Assembly (NCBI GenBank): GCA_035569605.1
Contig: DATMMS010000005.1
Coordinates: forward strand, 20,990-84,989
Length of the DNA: 64,000 bases
Reading direction: 5' to 3'
DNA from: Candidatus Solibacter sp.
GTDB taxonomy: Bacteria; Chloroflexota; Dormibacteria; DASZGP01
Positions 62,345 to 64,000 of the stretch are shown piece by piece. Positions within the stretch are counted from its first letter, which is position 1. The number at the start of each line of letters is the position of its first letter. A model generated the notes under the pieces. That model was not told the origin of the DNA. It made no database searches and saw nothing but the letters and a program-made list of their open reading frames with translations. Made by a program: the position numbers and the translations under genes.

Positions 62345-64000
62345 TTGACGGACTTCGTCCACCTCCACACCCATACCGAGTACAGCCTCCTCGACGGCGC
62401 CAGCCGCATCGGCGAGGTTGTCAGGGCAGCGGTGGCCGCCGGACAGGACGCGCTGGCGATCACCGACCACGGATCGCTGTATGGCGTAGTGCCCTTCTAC
62501 AAGGCCTGCCGGGAGGCCGGGGTGAAACCAATCGTCGGTTGCGAGACGTACGTGGCCCAGCGCAGCCTGCGCGACAAGGAGAGCCGGGTCGACCGTGACC
62601 CCCATCACCTAGTGCTGCTGGCGCAGAACGAGATCGGCTACCAGAACCTGATGAAGATGATCAGCATCGCCCACCTCGACGGCTACTACGTGCGGCCGCG
62701 GGTCGACAAGGAGCTGCTGGCGGCGCACTCCGAAGGAGTCATCGCGCTGTCGGCGTGCCTCGCCGGCGAGGTCAGCCAGCGGGTCGTCGCCGGCGACATC
62801 GACGGCGCCGCCGAAGTCGCGGAGGAGCACCGCGGGATCTTCGGCGACCGCTACTTCCTGGAGATTCAGAACCATGGCATCCCCGAGGAGGACGTCACCC
62901 GAAGCGGGGTGATCGAAGTGGCCCGCCGAACCGGCATCCCGCTGGTGGCGACCAACGACTCGCACTACACCGCCCAGGGCGATTCCGGCGTGCACGACGT
63001 CCTTCTCTGCATCCAGACCGGCAAGCGGGTGTCGGACCAGAACCGGATGCGTTTCTCCGGCGACAGTTTCTACCTAAAGGACGCCGACGAGATGCGGGCG
63101 GCCTTCCCCGAGATCCAGGAGGCCGTCGCCAACACCGCTACGGTGGCGGCGATGTGCGACCTGACGATCGAGCTCGGGGGCATGCTGCTGCCGCGCTACG
63201 AGGTTCCCGGCGACCTCACCGCGGACCAGTACCTCCGCAGCCTCTGCGAGGACGGTTTCCGCCGCCGCTACCCGGACCCCACCTCGGAGCAGCACCAGCG
63301 CCTCGAGTATGAGCTCGAGGTGATCACCGACATGGGCTACGCCGCCTACTTCCTGATCGTCTGGGACTTCGTCCATCACGCCAAGACCCACGACGTCCTG
63401 GTCGGGCCCGGGCGCGGCTCGGCCGCCGGGTCGATGGTGGCGTACTGCCTCGACATCACCACCCTGGAGCCGCTCCGCTACGGGCTGATCTTCGAGCGCT
63501 TCCTCAACAAGGACCGCGTGTCGATGCCCGACATCGACATCGACTTCTCGGTGGCCGGCCGCGAGTCGGTGATCAAGTACGTCACCCAGAAATACGGTGA
63601 GGACCGCGTCGCCCAGATCGGGACCTTCGGGACGATGGCCGGCAAGGCCGCCATTCGCGACGTCGGTCGCGTCCTCGACGTGCCCATCGCCGAGGTCGAC
63701 CCCATCGCCAAGATGGTGCCGGTGTACCAGGGCAAGACGGTCGGGTTGAAGAAGTCGATGGAGCAGGTCGCCGAGCTCAAACACATCTACCAGTCAGACG
63801 CGAGATACAAGGAGCTGATCGACACCGCGGTGCGCCTGGAGGGAATCACCCGCAGCGTGGGCACCCACGCCGCCGGGGTTGTGATCGCTCCCGAGCCGCT
63901 GGTCAAGTACGTCCCTTTGCAGCGGGGTACCACCGACAAGTCGACCATCGTCACCCAGTACGAGATGACCGCGATCCAGGAGCTGGGGCTCCTGAAGATG
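62345..64000 (+). CDS. dnaE: DNA polymerase III alpha subunit, 3'-truncated by the window end
   Basis: TTG start; FVHLHTHTEYSLLDG PHP-domain N-terminus and polymerase core motifs (GRGSAAGS, PDIDIDF). The frame is open to nt 64000. Confidence 0.9.
   Translation, partial: MTDFVHLHTHTEYSLLDGASRIGEVVRAAVAAGQDALAITDHGSLYGVVPFYKACREAGVKPIVGCETYVAQRSLRDKESRVDRDPHHLVLLAQNEIGYQNLMKMISIAHLDGYYVRPRVDKELLAAHSEGVIALSACLAGEVSQRVVAGDIDGAAEVAEEHRGIFGDRYFLEIQNHGIPEEDVTRSGVIEVARRTGIPLVATNDSHYTAQGDSGVHDVLLCIQTGKRVSDQNRMRFSGDSFYLKDADEMRAAFPEIQEAVANTATVAAMCDLTIELGGMLLPRYEVPGDLTADQYLRSLCEDGFRRRYPDPTSEQHQRLEYELEVITDMGYAAYFLIVWDFVHHAKTHDVLVGPGRGSAAGSMVAYCLDITTLEPLRYGLIFERFLNKDRVSMPDIDIDFSVAGRESVIKYVTQKYGEDRVAQIGTFGTMAGKAAIRDVGRVLDVPIAEVDPIAKMVPVYQGKTVGLKKSMEQVAELKHIYQSDARYKELIDTAVRLEGITRSVGTHAAGVVIAPEPLVKYVPLQRGTTDKSTIVTQYEMTAIQELGLLKM

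Overview
A 64 kb high-GC (~68-70%) bacterial chromosomal core region, densely packed and almost entirely on the + strand, with no CRISPR arrays, IS elements or prophage signs. Main content in order: a 5'-truncated Cas4/RecB-like Fe-S nuclease; a small accessory patch (SH3b protein, carboxylesterase, trpD, GH1 beta-glucosidase, DUF3467, TrmK-like methyltransferase, rnhA); RNase P RNA with its own promoter; a complete dcw division/cell-wall cluster (mraZ-rsmH-ftsL-ftsI-murF-mraY-ftsW-murG-murC-murB-ddl-ftsQ-sbp-ftsA-ftsZ) that lacks murE and murD; nrdR-pgeF-yggS-yggT-ileS; an FMN-dependent hydroxy-acid oxidase on the minus strand; a dksA-like gene, lspA, rluD, gmk, coaBC and priA; a PcsB-like coiled-coil/CHAP hydrolase; def-fmt-smpB; an S51 peptidase; an atypical J-domain zinc-finger protein; a DUF11 surface protein; a tmRNA gene on the minus strand that the ORF track misses; thiESGL; tsaE-tsaB-rimI-tsaD; groES-groEL behind a perfect CIRCE element; pcrA-ligA; gatCAB; an rlmD-like methyltransferase; a class F sortase; an alpha/beta hydrolase; and the start of dnaE. 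FtsA is present and the Firmicutes-like gene orders (sbp-ftsA-ftsZ, pcrA-ligA-gatCAB) suggest a high-GC deep-branching Terrabacteria lineage such as Chloroflexi rather than Actinobacteria. Most minus-strand ORFs in the track are GC-driven antisense artefacts. The points most worth a second look are the tmRNA with tag AKNTQSLAFAA, an MraZ operator array fused to a sigma-70-like promoter, three conserved genes (rsmH, yggS, priA) with no canonical in-frame start codon (two of them at CTGA stop/start junctions), a 48-aa membrane ORF coupled to priA, the PcsB-like hydrolase, and the DUF11 protein/class F sortase pair. No new multi-gene system could be supported from the sequence.
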